Shown: one piece after another, positions 27,501-37,892 of the stretch
Layout of the letters: each line of letters starts with the position of its first letter
How positions within the stretch are numbered: the stretch's first letter is position 1
Source: Candidatus Anderseniibacteriota bacterium
GTDB taxonomy: Bacteria; Patescibacteriota; Andersenbacteria; UBA10190
Direction: 5' to 3'
Length of the DNA: 64,000 bases
Assembly (NCBI GenBank): GCA_021414205.1
Contig: JAIOOW010000002.1
Coordinates: 340,171-404,170, forward strand
Translations under genes and position numbers: made by a program
The notes under the pieces: generated by a model
Databases searched by the model: none
The model's input: only the letters and a program-made list of their open reading frames with translations
Told to the model about the DNA's origin: nothing

Positions 27501-29813
27501 ATGCCAGGTCCAGAACATCCTATAGAACCTATTACTCTAAGCCTCGCCCGTGCAAGAGATTTGGGCATTGCTAAGAAAAAGGAAAGTTACGAACTTATAC
27601 CCGAGAAAATTGAGGAGCGGGGAAAGCAGATAAAAATAACAGCTCACATCGATGGCAGAGAGACTACTCTTACCTTTGCCAAAGACAAACTAACTGAACG
27701 GCAGTGTAGCCTCATCGCTCTTTGCTATGTTCGCATTGGACGAGGCTACGATGAGTCGGCAAATAAAAACGCTAAAGAATATCTCACCAAGGCGATTAAA
27801 GAAGAAATAGGAGCTAGACCAAAAAGAGAACCGCAGGATTGGCTCCCTTATTTCCTTATTGCTGCTTGCGACCTTGAAATTGAAGGCTTAGGGAATGTGG
27901 CAATTAAAATGTACCACTTTCTGAAACAACCCGAACAACTAAGCCACGATTTTTATGTCCATCTTTACGAAAAAGAAAGTAACCCTCTACGAAAACTCAA
28001 CGTGGCAAAAATTGCCAGTGAATACTACCCCCACAGCACCTATTTTATTGCGTTAGTTGCAGAACACTTGGCTTCCGAAGGCAAGCAAATCGAGTGCCTT
28101 CGTTACCTGATTGAGAAGAAAACCTTGATTCCTTCACAGGAATGGCAACAGGCAAATAGTCTGCGTTTTATGATATTCAATTGCTTTCTGGGACAGGGAA
28201 AGTTTGAGGAAGCAATACAAGAAGCGAGTACGCCCCTATACGGTTACAGCAATGATGAGGATTACGCTCCTATTCTCCGAGCAATTGCCCTCGGCAGACA
28301 GGGCGATTGGCAAGACGCCACTAATATTTTGGAAACAGTTGTGCATACAAGCAAGGGTTCAGGTCCCGTTATTCCCGTCGCTTTGTACTACCTACTTAAA
28401 TGCTATATCAACGCTCAAAACATCCTTGGGATAAAAGGAATAGCCGAGACACTAAGCTTGGATGAGATGGAACTAATGCCCTTTGAAGCACCCTTCTACT
28501 TTATAGATTCCCAGGAGATAATTGATACCCTTACATATGCCACTAGTAGTAAGAAGCTAGCCATTGATGAAATGACCAGAGCGAAATTAAAAGGAATACT
28601 TGCTTACAAACTCTATCGTCAACTACCTAATCCATATACCTACGACTACCCTCGCAAACTTACTTCAGTGGAGCAAAAAAGCCTGGAAAGAGCCTTGCAG
28701 CTAACAAAAGACGCATTGGAATATTTTCCTGCCAAATATTTTTTCAATGCACTTTGCTCAAACCTCTTTTGCCACAAGAGAGAATTTGACACGGGGATGC
28801 AGTATAAACTGAGGGCAATAGCGGCGACACAGGAGGATTGGGAAAAGGAGGGACTCTATATGGATGTGGGATTTGAGGATTGCAGTTCATCGTATCTTCA
28901 CACGTATGCTCACAATGTTAAGACTGCGTTTGCCATGATTGGCAGGTCCCCCAAAAACTACCTAGAAAATGGAGACTTTGAATTTGATATTAAACAGCTA
29001 TGGAAGAGAAAACTATATAGCCAAATTGCAGGGTTATACGAATATGTGAAGGAATACACTGATGAGTGGAATGAGGCAAAACAACTAGAAGAAAGCTCAA
29101 TGCTCTTTGAAATTGCCTACTCACTTAGTGAGTGCGAAGCCTTGGATGAAGCACGTGAAGTATATAGACTTTATATCAAGACCGAGGGCGAAACATCAGC
29201 AGTATTAAATAACCTGGCTATTATTTATGAGCAGACGGGGAATTTGGCAAAGGCAAAAGAAATAATTAAAAAAGCACATAAGTTGGACCCCGATGACGAT
29301 ACGGCTTCAAGGAATTATCAAAGGCTTTTCAAAACTCAGAAAAAAGTATCAAGCCGAAAAGATATTCTCGCTCCTGAAAAAACGGAGATGCCCATAGATA
29401 AAGCCGCAATTTCTCAACCGCTTGATGTGAGAATTATTTCTATGCCCATAGTCCAATTTCAGGACGCTGATAGCCCGCAAGCCAACCACCTAAAACGGTC
29501 TATCGCCTTTCGCAATAATGGAGACTTACTTCACAAAGGAGAATGGCTAGCCAGATTTACACCAGGAACCTCCGAATACTACTTTGCCCTTATACTCTGG
29601 GACCATTTCAATGAACCCGTCAGTCATGAAGATATTTTTGACTATTGCAAGAAAAAGATTCGTAAGGCGTACAGCGAAACGGCACAGTCTTTTTGTAATA
29701 AGAGAAAGAGCAATATTATCAAGGCATTACCAAAAGCAGTAGCAGGGAAAATATTGGTTAGTACAAAGACTGTCGAGGGATTAAACGCATATCAAATGGT
29801 CAGTCCCGACTAA
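27501..29813 (+). CDS. Large TPR-repeat protein with possible C-terminal winged-helix domain
   Basis: AVLNNLAIIYEQTG-x-x-x-x-A...A-x-x-LDP TPR; C-terminal LWDHFNEPVSHEDIF. Confidence 0.65.
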   Translation: MPGPEHPIEPITLSLARARDLGIAKKKESYELIPEKIEERGKQIKITAHIDGRETTLTFAKDKLTERQCSLIALCYVRIGRGYDESANKNAKEYLTKAIKEEIGARPKREPQDWLPYFLIAACDLEIEGLGNVAIKMYHFLKQPEQLSHDFYVHLYEKESNPLRKLNVAKIASEYYPHSTYFIALVAEHLASEGKQIECLRYLIEKKTLIPSQEWQQANSLRFMIFNCFLGQGKFEEAIQEASTPLYGYSNDEDYAPILRAIALGRQGDWQDATNILETVVHTSKGSGPVIPVALYYLLKCYINAQNILGIKGIAETLSLDEMELMPFEAPFYFIDSQEIIDTLTYATSSKKLAIDEMTRAKLKGILAYKLYRQLPNPYTYDYPRKLTSVEQKSLERALQLTKDALEYFPAKYFFNALCSNLFCHKREFDTGMQYKLRAIAATQEDWEKEGLYMDVGFEDCSSSYLHTYAHNVKTAFAMIGRSPKNYLENGDFEFDIKQLWKRKLYSQIAGLYEYVKEYTDEWNEAKQLEESSMLFEIAYSLSECEALDEAREVYRLYIKTEGETSAVLNNLAIIYEQTGNLAKAKEIIKKAHKLDPDDDTASRNYQRLFKTQKKVSSRKDILAPEKTEMPIDKAAISQPLDVRIISMPIVQFQDADSPQANHLKRSIAFRNNGDLLHKGEWLARFTPGTSEYYFALILWDHFNEPVSHEDIFDYCKKKIRKAYSETAQSFCNKRKSNIIKALPKAVAGKILVSTKTVEGLNAYQMVSPD

Positions 29814-29890
29814 ATCAGAATTTCGTCAGAATTTTTGGAGATACTTAATATCTCCCCTGGTGCAAGCTGGCTACTACAAGCCAGTTTTTT

Positions 29891-30157
29891 ATGCAATCAA
29901 ATTACATTACAAACGAAACAAACAGTCGCTTTTCCACTTATGACTTGGGATTAGCTGCGGCATTGATAACGCACGGTTTTGAGCTTGCGGAAATGGACCG
30001 AGCTAATCCTAAGAGGGTCTTATTTACATTCCAGCGTAGCCATAGTGAGTTAGAAAAAACAATCAATGAATACTTGACCGACCAACTCCGCTTACCAGCC
30101 CGCAGGTTTTTTGATGACGTTCGCGCATTAAAAAATCGTCTCCATGACGCGAGGTAA
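29891..30157 (+). CDS. DUF5659-like protein
   Basis: TYDLGLAAAL-x-x-x-GF...F-x-F...LKNRL. Confidence 0.65.
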   Translation: MQSNYITNETNSRFSTYDLGLAAALITHGFELAEMDRANPKRVLFTFQRSHSELEKTINEYLTDQLRLPARRFFDDVRALKNRLHDAR

Positions 30158-30160
30158 CTT

Positions 30161-30343
30161 ATGGAGTTCACAGACCAACAACTTAGTCAATTTCAGCAGC
30201 TCTATTTCAAACATTTCCATGAAAAAATTACTAAAGAAAAAGCTGCTGCAAAAGGAGAACGTCTTATCCAGCTAGTCAAAACCGTCTACGAGTCCAAAGC
30301 AGCTAGACACAAACAGCAGGAACGCCAACAAATACCTACTTAA
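30161..30343 (+). CDS. Small hypothetical protein of the mobile element
   Basis: FQQLY-x-x-HF-x-x-x-I...G-x-x-LIQLV-x-x-VY; tightly spaced in the operon. Confidence 0.6.
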   Translation: MEFTDQQLSQFQQLYFKHFHEKITKEKAAAKGERLIQLVKTVYESKAARHKQQERQQIPT

Positions 30344-30359
30344 AAAAAATTAAAAAACT

Positions 30360-30626
30360 ATGAATAATCCATTCAAATACATCAATCAAAAAGGCATCGA
30401 GAGCTATAGAAGCCCGATCGTCTACTTTATTACAGAAGAAATGGTCCAAGATTTTGCCGAGGCAAACTATGACCGTAGGCTGACAGAAGAAGAAGTTGCC
30501 GAACTTTTTTACGGCTTCTGTGAAAATGACCAAAAACTATATTCGTTTATGGATGCGGCCGTTGAGTATGCCATTGAAGTGACCAAGGGGAACAAGGGAG
30601 AAAATCATGAAAAGATAACTCAATAA
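30360..30626 (+). CDS. Hypothetical protein
   Basis: 88 aa ORF co-oriented in the operon. Confidence 0.55.
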   Translation: MNNPFKYINQKGIESYRSPIVYFITEEMVQDFAEANYDRRLTEEEVAELFYGFCENDQKLYSFMDAAVEYAIEVTKGNKGENHEKITQ

Positions 30627-30633
30627 AAATCCT

Positions 30634-32790
30634 ATGAAAAAACAAGAAATTACTATTAAAGAATACTTAGCCCAGAAAGGGGTTGAGTTTCAGGAACGTG
30701 GCGGCGAGCTTATCACTGCCTGCTTATTCAACGGCTGCGACGATGACAGTAGAACCAATGAACGGCATCTATACTTTAATGCTGAGGATGGGGTCTACCA
30801 ATGCAAAAAGTGTGACGAACGAGGCAATATCATAAGCCTGCGAAAGTACTTTGGAGATGAGCAGGAAAAGCCATCCACTACAAAACCAAAGTCACAACAT
30901 GGTCCCCGATTTACTGACATCCTTGTAAGCCAATCTCACGAAGCAATGCCAGATAACATACGCCAATACCTTAACAAGCGAGGTATCCCTGATACGGTTA
31001 TAGCAGATAGTAAACTGGGCTATGGCAATTTTTACGGCAAAAACTGGATTACGATTCCCATTAAAGACGAGACAGGTGAATACGCATATTTCAAATTACG
31101 ACAGGACCCTAATGAAGGAAATGAAAAGATAACATACCCTAAAGGTGAGGCTCAAATTTATGAGTGGGATACTCTTAAGCGTACTGACGCTCCTTTGATT
31201 ATTTGTGAGGGTGAATTGGACCGCCTACTGCTAGTTGGCAAAGGTGTGAACGCTATCACTTCTACTCACGGAGCAGGCACGTTTAAGCAAGAGTGGGTAC
31301 CCCAGCTTACGGCTTTTCAGAAAATCTATGTCTGTTTTGACCAAGACGAACCAGGGCAAAAAGGAGCCGAGCGAGTCGCTAAGATGTTAGACAATGCTGG
31401 AATTACTGAAGTTTATTTTGTGACCTTACCAGACGAAGTTGGTGAGGGAGGAGATGTAACAGACTATTTCACTAAGTTCGGCGGCACTGTTGATGACCTG
31501 CTCGGCAAATACGCTAAGCGGTATCCCGAACGAATTGACTCTACCCAATTTCAACCAATGACCACCGCTGACTTAAATGCAGTATTGGGATTGACCATCA
31601 AAAAAGACGAGGTAAATAAGGCAGTGACATTTCAGTGTATGCTATCCGCCTTTACCGAAAACAACCAGTTCAACATCAGCTTTAATGCTCCCAGCTCCAC
31701 AGGCAAAAGCTACATCCCCTTGGAAGTATCCACGCTCTTTCCCGCAGACGATTTAATGAAACTAGGCAATGCCAGTCCGACTGCTTTCTTTCACGAACGA
31801 GGTGATTATGACAAAGAAAAGAATACGATTACGGTGGACCTATCCCGAAAAATCATTGTCTTTCTTGATATGCCCAACAATGCCTTATTGGAACGCCTAC
31901 GGTCCCTTTTGTCACACGACGAAAAGATGATTGAGAGCAAAATCACTGACAAGAATCAGAAGGGCGGCAACCGTACTAAGACAGTGATTATTAAGGGTTT
32001 CCCTGCGGTAGTATTCTGTTCGGCAGGCTTAAAAATTGATGAGCAAGAAGGAACCCGCTTTATACTCCTTTCCCCAGAGATAAGCCAAGACAAATTGCGT
32101 GAGGGTATAAACCAGCGACTGCGAAAGGAATCTAACGAACAAGAGTTTCGGGAGTGGCTAGGGAGCGATCCAACTCGCCAATTGCTAAAGTTGCGCATAC
32201 AAGCTATCAAACAAGAAAAAATCGCCGAGATTATTGTGCCAGACGATGAGAAAGAAACTATCCGTCAGTATTTCTTAGAGGGTAAGGACGTTTTGAAACC
32301 ACGTCACCAAAGAGACATTGGCAGGTTGATTGGACTAACCAAAACCTTTGCCCTTCTTAATTGTTGGTTTCGTCAGAGAAAGGGAAGAACCATATACGCC
32401 ACAATGGATGATGTGCAAGAGGCTACACGCCTATGGGATAAGATTGCAGAGAGCCAAGAGCATAATCTTCCTCCTTATGTCTATGACCTATACAAAGACG
32501 TGATATTGCCCGCCTGGAAGGAAAAGAATGAGGATAAAGTAATGCCAGATGAATGGGTAGGTGTGAGCCAGCAGGAGATTATGCGTAAGCACTATACGGC
32601 TTATGGTACGCATCTTGCCGAATGGCAACTGCGGCAACAAATCCTGCCGATGATAGAAACAGCGGGACTGATTATCCGAGAGAAAGATGACAAGGACAGG
32701 CGGCATATTCTTGTCTGCCCCACCCTCAAACTCAATATCAATGAAAGCGAGGAATATAGTGAGCCACCCCGTGGGGTAACAGATAAATAG
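30634..32790 (+). CDS. Primase-helicase (Zn finger, TOPRIM, P-loop)
   Basis: C-x-x-x-x-C...CKKC Zn finger; ICEGELD and FDQD TOPRIM motifs; APSSTGKS Walker A. Confidence 0.85.
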   Translation: MKKQEITIKEYLAQKGVEFQERGGELITACLFNGCDDDSRTNERHLYFNAEDGVYQCKKCDERGNIISLRKYFGDEQEKPSTTKPKSQHGPRFTDILVSQSHEAMPDNIRQYLNKRGIPDTVIADSKLGYGNFYGKNWITIPIKDETGEYAYFKLRQDPNEGNEKITYPKGEAQIYEWDTLKRTDAPLIICEGELDRLLLVGKGVNAITSTHGAGTFKQEWVPQLTAFQKIYVCFDQDEPGQKGAERVAKMLDNAGITEVYFVTLPDEVGEGGDVTDYFTKFGGTVDDLLGKYAKRYPERIDSTQFQPMTTADLNAVLGLTIKKDEVNKAVTFQCMLSAFTENNQFNISFNAPSSTGKSYIPLEVSTLFPADDLMKLGNASPTAFFHERGDYDKEKNTITVDLSRKIIVFLDMPNNALLERLRSLLSHDEKMIESKITDKNQKGGNRTKTVIIKGFPAVVFCSAGLKIDEQEGTRFILLSPEISQDKLREGINQRLRKESNEQEFREWLGSDPTRQLLKLRIQAIKQEKIAEIIVPDDEKETIRQYFLEGKDVLKPRHQRDIGRLIGLTKTFALLNCWFRQRKGRTIYATMDDVQEATRLWDKIAESQEHNLPPYVYDLYKDVILPAWKEKNEDKVMPDEWVGVSQQEIMRKHYTAYGTHLAEWQLRQQILPMIETAGLIIREKDDKDRRHILVCPTLKLNINESEEYSEPPRGVTDK

Positions 32791-32842
32791 GGAAAATTAG
32801 CGCAAATTAGTACATAATCCTTAATAATTTCGGCAAAATTCT

Positions 32843-33529
32843 ATGAGCAACACATCACCAAAACAAATAACGGCTAACCAACAAAACGCCCAGAAAAGTA
32901 CTGGACCAAAAACTCCTGAAGGGAAAGCTGTTTCCAAGAACAACGCCCTTAAGCACGGACTACTGACACGAGACATGGTATTACCAACAGAAGATGCGGA
33001 AGTGCTAACGGAGCTAACTACGGAGGTATGGAAGGAATTACAGCCTGTTGGTCAACTAGAGCAATTTTTAGTTGAGCGCATTGTCGCAAATATGTGGCGT
33101 ATTAAAAGGTTGCACCGTATTGAGACAGGGTTATTTACCACTGAAAGCGTGGACCAGCTTGCGGGACGTATTCGTGGTCAGGCACGAGAATTTGAACATA
33201 AAGAGTCTCTGTTTCCGAATTTGGAAATGGAGACAACAACCATTACTGACGAGAAAAAACACGCCGAGATAATCGCTAAAGCCGAAGCACTGGAAAAGAC
33301 GTGGGATTCAGACATTACCAGTATAAGTAGTGCCTTTCGGAGCGATGCCGTAGACAATGACGTACTGGCAAAAATAATCCGTTACGAAGTTTCTCTGGAG
33401 CGTAGCTTCACTAAGGCTTTACATGAACTGCAACGCTTACAAGCCAAGCGAAATGACGATACGACACCCCCTCCTGTCGCCGTTGATATTGATATTTCAG
33501 GTGATAAACCAAATGGGTTCGTTTCGTAA
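32843..33529 (+). CDS. Hypothetical protein with ANxxNAxKSTGPKTPEGK motif
   Basis: STGPKTPEGK...NALKHGL, WR-x-x-R, RYE-x-x-LER. Confidence 0.7.
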   Translation: MSNTSPKQITANQQNAQKSTGPKTPEGKAVSKNNALKHGLLTRDMVLPTEDAEVLTELTTEVWKELQPVGQLEQFLVERIVANMWRIKRLHRIETGLFTTESVDQLAGRIRGQAREFEHKESLFPNLEMETTTITDEKKHAEIIAKAEALEKTWDSDITSISSAFRSDAVDNDVLAKIIRYEVSLERSFTKALHELQRLQAKRNDDTTPPPVAVDIDISGDKPNGFVS

Positions 33530-33670
33530 AATATATCGTAGAAAACCGATATTTTCCGATATATCAGGTATAAACGGTCAATATAGGCAAAAGAGGTCAG
33601 TTTATGAAGCATTTTCCGTGCAAATCAACGCACAATCTTTAATAATTTCGGCGGAATAATTACCAACACT

Positions 33671-34267
33671 ATGGCACGAGCAAAAGCGGAAACATCTAAC
33701 TCACTCAAAATATCTTGGCTTAAAAAACAAGGATATTTTCCAAAAGGAGAATCTTGGCGTAGCGGTAATGTTACGTGGACTCTTGGTATGAGCGAGAATA
33801 AAAGTAGCATCGGCATTGATATTACGGCGGGCATGACCGAGGAAGAAAACTATATCCGACTGCACTACACTTATACGGACTACTGGACCAAAGAGAAGTC
33901 AGATATGAACTATAAGATTCAACTGGAAACCACACCCTGTCATTTTGGTGGCGTGCGTTATTGGTTTATCTGTCCTCTATCCAAGAATGGCCAATATTGC
34001 GGACGACGAGTGGGAGTTATTTACAACATCGGCAAATGGTTTGGCTGCCGTCATTGCGGAGATATTGCCTATCAAGCCCAGTTTGAGGGTGGCAACTTCC
34101 GTATGGGTTCAGTTACCGAACCAGATGTTGAAAAAGCATTCAGTGAAGCAAAAACTCACTACTATAACGGCAAGCCGACAAGAAAATATAAACGCTACCT
34201 AAGACTACGGCAAAAGATGAATAATTCATGGATTCGAGCGGCTTCAAGGTTTGGCAATATCTTCTAA
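33671..34267 (+). CDS. Zn-finger hypothetical protein of integrative elements
   Basis: GG-x-RYWF-x-CP...CGRRV...CRHC. Confidence 0.7.
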   Translation: MARAKAETSNSLKISWLKKQGYFPKGESWRSGNVTWTLGMSENKSSIGIDITAGMTEEENYIRLHYTYTDYWTKEKSDMNYKIQLETTPCHFGGVRYWFICPLSKNGQYCGRRVGVIYNIGKWFGCRHCGDIAYQAQFEGGNFRMGSVTEPDVEKAFSEAKTHYYNGKPTRKYKRYLRLRQKMNNSWIRAASRFGNIF

Positions 34268-34422
34268 TAATGGCATTATGAACACGTTGACCCAGTTGAA
34301 GATTAAACCCGTGAGATTTTTTTATAGGCTTGTGGGCTGCAAAGGGCGGTCTGCCAGAAGCCTATCCTCACGGAAAAAGCAACTGGGTCAACCAGACCGT
34401 CCTTTTATGTTGATAAATTACT

Positions 34423-36150
34423 ATGATTGACCCAAAAATTGTTCAAAAAAGCTATATCTGCACTTACGCTCGTAAGTCCGAAGAGGACAAGTATAAGCAG
34501 GTCCAGTCTATTCCCGACCAGCTCAAAATCAATCAACAGATTGCAGATTTTCACGAAATAAAAATTCCTGCCAAGCATGTGTACATGGAAGAAATGTCCG
34601 CGGGTGAACCTGGCAGACCAGTATTCAACCAGCTCATAGAAACAATACAAAAGAACACTCATACAATTCTCGTCTGCTGGCACTTTAATCGTCTAACACG
34701 TAACCCAATAGACGAAGGAGTACTCAAATGGTTATTACAGAAAGGCAAGCTAACCATCATTACCCCCAATCAAGTCTTTGATCAAAATACCAACGTCATT
34801 ATCACATCAGTTGAAGGAGCGCAGGGCAATCAATTTCTTATTGAATTAAGCCGCAACGTAATACGTGGCTTAAATTCTAAGCGAGCAAAAGGTGTTCCCA
34901 GTGGCGTAGCACCTGCTGGATACCGTAACGGTGGGACCGAGAAAGGCAATAAATGGTTTGAGCCAGATGATGGAGACCCGAATCGCTTTCTGCTAGTTCA
35001 AGATGCACTCAAGCTAGTCATAAACGGAATAGAACCAATGGACGCTTTCCGCAGATTAAATGACGATTGGAAATTCCTGACAATTAAAAGAAAGAGACAC
35101 GGTGGGACTCCTATCTCAAAATCTGTATGGTACGAGATGCTAAGAAACCCTATCTACTGCGGACAATTTATTGCACTTGATGAGTGGCATGAAGTTAAGG
35201 ACCCTCATTTCAAGCCAATGATTACGGAAGAAGAATATTGGGAGCTGCAATCAAAACTAGGAGTTAAGGGACGGACAAGACCAAAGCTACAAGATGAAGA
35301 GCAAGCTGCCTTTTTACAAGCTCTAACCTGTGGCGAGTGTGGCAATAAAATGAGTCGGGATCGTAAACGACAGATACGCTGTCTCTGTAAGCATAAATAC
35401 AGTGCCTTGCATCGTGATACTTGCCCCATGTGTGGTCTTCATGAATCAAAGGTCCCGTCTGATCGCAAACATACCTATGACTTCTATTTCTGTCCTACGG
35501 GCAAGAAAAAGCAGTGTTCTCAACCAACTATCCCTACAGAGGCAGTAGAAAGCCAAATTGCCACTGTCCTTGATAGCGTTAGCATCCCCCAAGAATTTAT
35601 TGACTGGGCTATGGCTTACCTGGAAACGAAAAACGATGAGGTAATTGTTAGCCGAGAGGCTAGACTGCAATCTTTGCAGAAGGCTTATAAAGAAAGTGAG
35701 GAAGAATTGAATCGCATGAACCGTTTATACATAAAGGGCGGTTTTGAGCACGAAGGTGGCGATGAGGAGTATCAAAAAATGAAACGGGAGCAACTCTCTA
35801 AAAAGAAAGCACTGCAAAAACAGTTGAGCGAATTTGATACCTCTGGTGATAATTGGAGAGAGCGAACGGAGGGAGGGTACGATTTCTGTAAAGAGGCACT
35901 GACTGAATTTACACTCGGAAGCTACCGAACCAAGCGTGGCGTCCTACTTCATATCTACCAAAAAGCCACTGTGCAGGCAGATAAGGTCCGAATAGACATA
36001 GAGCTACCATTCCAATTCATGAAAAATAAGATGCATAACCTTAAGACCAAGTTTGGACTTACCGAACCAGGCAAAATTGAAGAATTGTTGAGAGATACGG
36101 GCAAACAAGAGGATATTGATGCCGTAAAAAAGTTTTGGCTCCCCGGGTAG
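34423..36150 (+). CDS. Large serine recombinase (resolvase, recombinase and Zn-ribbon domains)
   Basis: YARKS catalytic motif, SA-x-x-PGRP-x-F, RLTRN, AP-x-GY, NP-x-YCG, CGECG, coiled coil. Confidence 0.93.
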   Translation: MIDPKIVQKSYICTYARKSEEDKYKQVQSIPDQLKINQQIADFHEIKIPAKHVYMEEMSAGEPGRPVFNQLIETIQKNTHTILVCWHFNRLTRNPIDEGVLKWLLQKGKLTIITPNQVFDQNTNVIITSVEGAQGNQFLIELSRNVIRGLNSKRAKGVPSGVAPAGYRNGGTEKGNKWFEPDDGDPNRFLLVQDALKLVINGIEPMDAFRRLNDDWKFLTIKRKRHGGTPISKSVWYEMLRNPIYCGQFIALDEWHEVKDPHFKPMITEEEYWELQSKLGVKGRTRPKLQDEEQAAFLQALTCGECGNKMSRDRKRQIRCLCKHKYSALHRDTCPMCGLHESKVPSDRKHTYDFYFCPTGKKKQCSQPTIPTEAVESQIATVLDSVSIPQEFIDWAMAYLETKNDEVIVSREARLQSLQKAYKESEEELNRMNRLYIKGGFEHEGGDEEYQKMKREQLSKKKALQKQLSEFDTSGDNWRERTEGGYDFCKEALTEFTLGSYRTKRGVLLHIYQKATVQADKVRIDIELPFQFMKNKMHNLKTKFGLTEPGKIEELLRDTGKQEDIDAVKKFWLPG

Positions 36151-36210
36151 GATTCGAACCTACGACCATCGCCTTAACAGGGCGTTGCTCTGCCGCTGAG
36201 CTACCAGGGA
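36136..36210 (-). tRNA. tRNA-Asn(GTT)
   Basis: TCCCTGG/CCGGGGA acceptor stem, anticodon loop CTGTTAA, GGTTCGAATCC T-arm, encoded CCA. Confidence 0.95.
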
Positions 36211-36293
36211 ATATCGCGGATTTCTCCACGTATTCATATAGTACGGAAAATGCTCTCTTTTGCAACCTTTAGCCCCATGATAAGGTATAGAAC

Positions 36294-37892
36294 ATGGAAC
36301 CCACCAAACGACCCCGCCCGCTTGTCATGATGCTACTCGACGGATACGGCATCAGCTTTATCAAGGAAGGAAATGCCATTATGGCTGCCAAAAAGCCGAA
36401 TATCGACCGATTAATGAAAGAATATCCCATGGCGGTTATTGGTGCTGGAGGAGAGGAAGTAGGCTTGCCGTGGGGAGAAGTTGGAAATTCTGAAACAGGG
36501 CATCAGAATATCGGATCCGGCAGGGTTATGTATCAATTCTTACCCCGCATTGACCAAGCAATTACAGATAAAACATTTTTTACAAATCCGGAATTAGTAG
36601 CCGCAATTGAGCACGTGAAGAATAATCCGAATGCTGCGCTGCATACCATGGGAATGCTTTCTAATGGTGGCGTACACAGCCACATCAATCATCAATTTGC
36701 ACTACTGCAAGCAGCCGCAGATGCGGGCATTGGGGATCGAACATATATCCATATTTTCTTAGACGGACGAGATTCTTCCCCGGATGATGCTGACGGATTT
36801 ATCGGGCAGCTAGAAGAAGTGATCAAAAAAACAGGAGCAGGCAGAATTGAAACAATTATCGGGCGATACTACGCAATGGATCGTGCCGGAAACTGGGATA
36901 GGACGCAGGTAGCATACGATTTGCTCGTGCATGCAAAAGGTCAGCACTTCCCTACGTGGAAAGAAGCAATGGGATTTGCATTTAGCAGCAAGGACCAGCG
37001 CAACCTGGAAAACGCTCCGGCACTGGTGGTAGACGGTGACTCTCCCGTACGAACCATTCAAGATGGCGACTCAATTATTTTCTACAACTATCGATCAGAC
37101 CGAGCGCGCCAAATTACCAAAGCGCTTGCCGACCCGACATTTAAAAAATTCCCTGTCGAACCTTGGAAAGACGTATATATTGCAACAATGGCTTCATACG
37201 AGGAAGCAGTGAAAACGCATGTCATGTTTAAAGACGAGGAAATAAAATTGCCGCTCGGAGAAATTTTTTCAAACAACGGACTCAAGCAGCTTAGAATTGC
37301 AGAGAGCGAAAAGTTTGCCCACGTCACCTATTTCTTCAACGGAGGACGAGAAAAACCGTACCCCGGAGAAAACGATATTCAAATTCCATCGATTGCCACA
37401 AAAGACGTGAGCTTGCAGCCAGAAATGCGCGCACGAGAAATTACGACTCAGGTTATTCAAGAAATACAGAATGATCAATACGACATTATTGTGATGAACT
37501 ACGCGAACCCAGACATGGTCGGCCATACGGGGAACTTTGATCCGACCGTAAAAGCAATAGAAATTATCGACGAAGAAGTGGGCAAAGTCGTAGATGCAAC
37601 ACTCGCACATGGTGGGGCAGTGCTTCTCACGTGCGATCACGGGAATGCGGAAATCGTCATCAACCACTTAACGCACGAGCGCTCAACGGACCACACCAAT
37701 AATCCGGTGCCGATTATTTACATTGCGCCAGATAACAAGCTTAAGTCCCCAAAAGACGACGCAATCGTGCAGCAAATACTAGCAACGCCGATTGGATTTT
37801 TGGCAGACGTTGCGCCTACTGCTTTGGAAATTTTAGGGCTAGAAAAGCCAGACGAAATGACGGCCCAGAGCTTGCTTTCCAGCCTTTCCTAA
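36294..37892 (+). CDS. gpmI: 2,3-bisphosphoglycerate-independent phosphoglycerate mutase
   Basis: [41 protein letters not shown]. Confidence 0.96.
   Translation: MEPTKRPRPLVMMLLDGYGISFIKEGNAIMAAKKPNIDRLMKEYPMAVIGAGGEEVGLPWGEVGNSETGHQNIGSGRVMYQFLPRIDQAITDKTFFTNPELVAAIEHVKNNPNAALHTMGMLSNGGVHSHINHQFALLQAAADAGIGDRTYIHIFLDGRDSSPDDADGFIGQLEEVIKKTGAGRIETIIGRYYAMDRAGNWDRTQVAYDLLVHAKGQHFPTWKEAMGFAFSSKDQRNLENAPALVVDGDSPVRTIQDGDSIIFYNYRSDRARQITKALADPTFKKFPVEPWKDVYIATMASYEEAVKTHVMFKDEEIKLPLGEIFSNNGLKQLRIAESEKFAHVTYFFNGGREKPYPGENDIQIPSIATKDVSLQPEMRAREITTQVIQEIQNDQYDIIVMNYANPDMVGHTGNFDPTVKAIEIIDEEVGKVVDATLAHGGAVLLTCDHGNAEIVINHLTHERSTDHTNNPVPIIYIAPDNKLKSPKDDAIVQQILATPIGFLADVAPTALEILGLEKPDEMTAQSLLSSLS

Larger units (their letters stand above)
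27501..36150 (+). mobile_element. Integrative element at tRNA-Asn (core module; left boundary uncertain, cargo probably extends further left)
   Basis: Co-oriented regulator, primase-helicase and large serine recombinase abutting the tRNA 3' end; no capsid or conjugation genes recognised. Confidence 0.8.
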
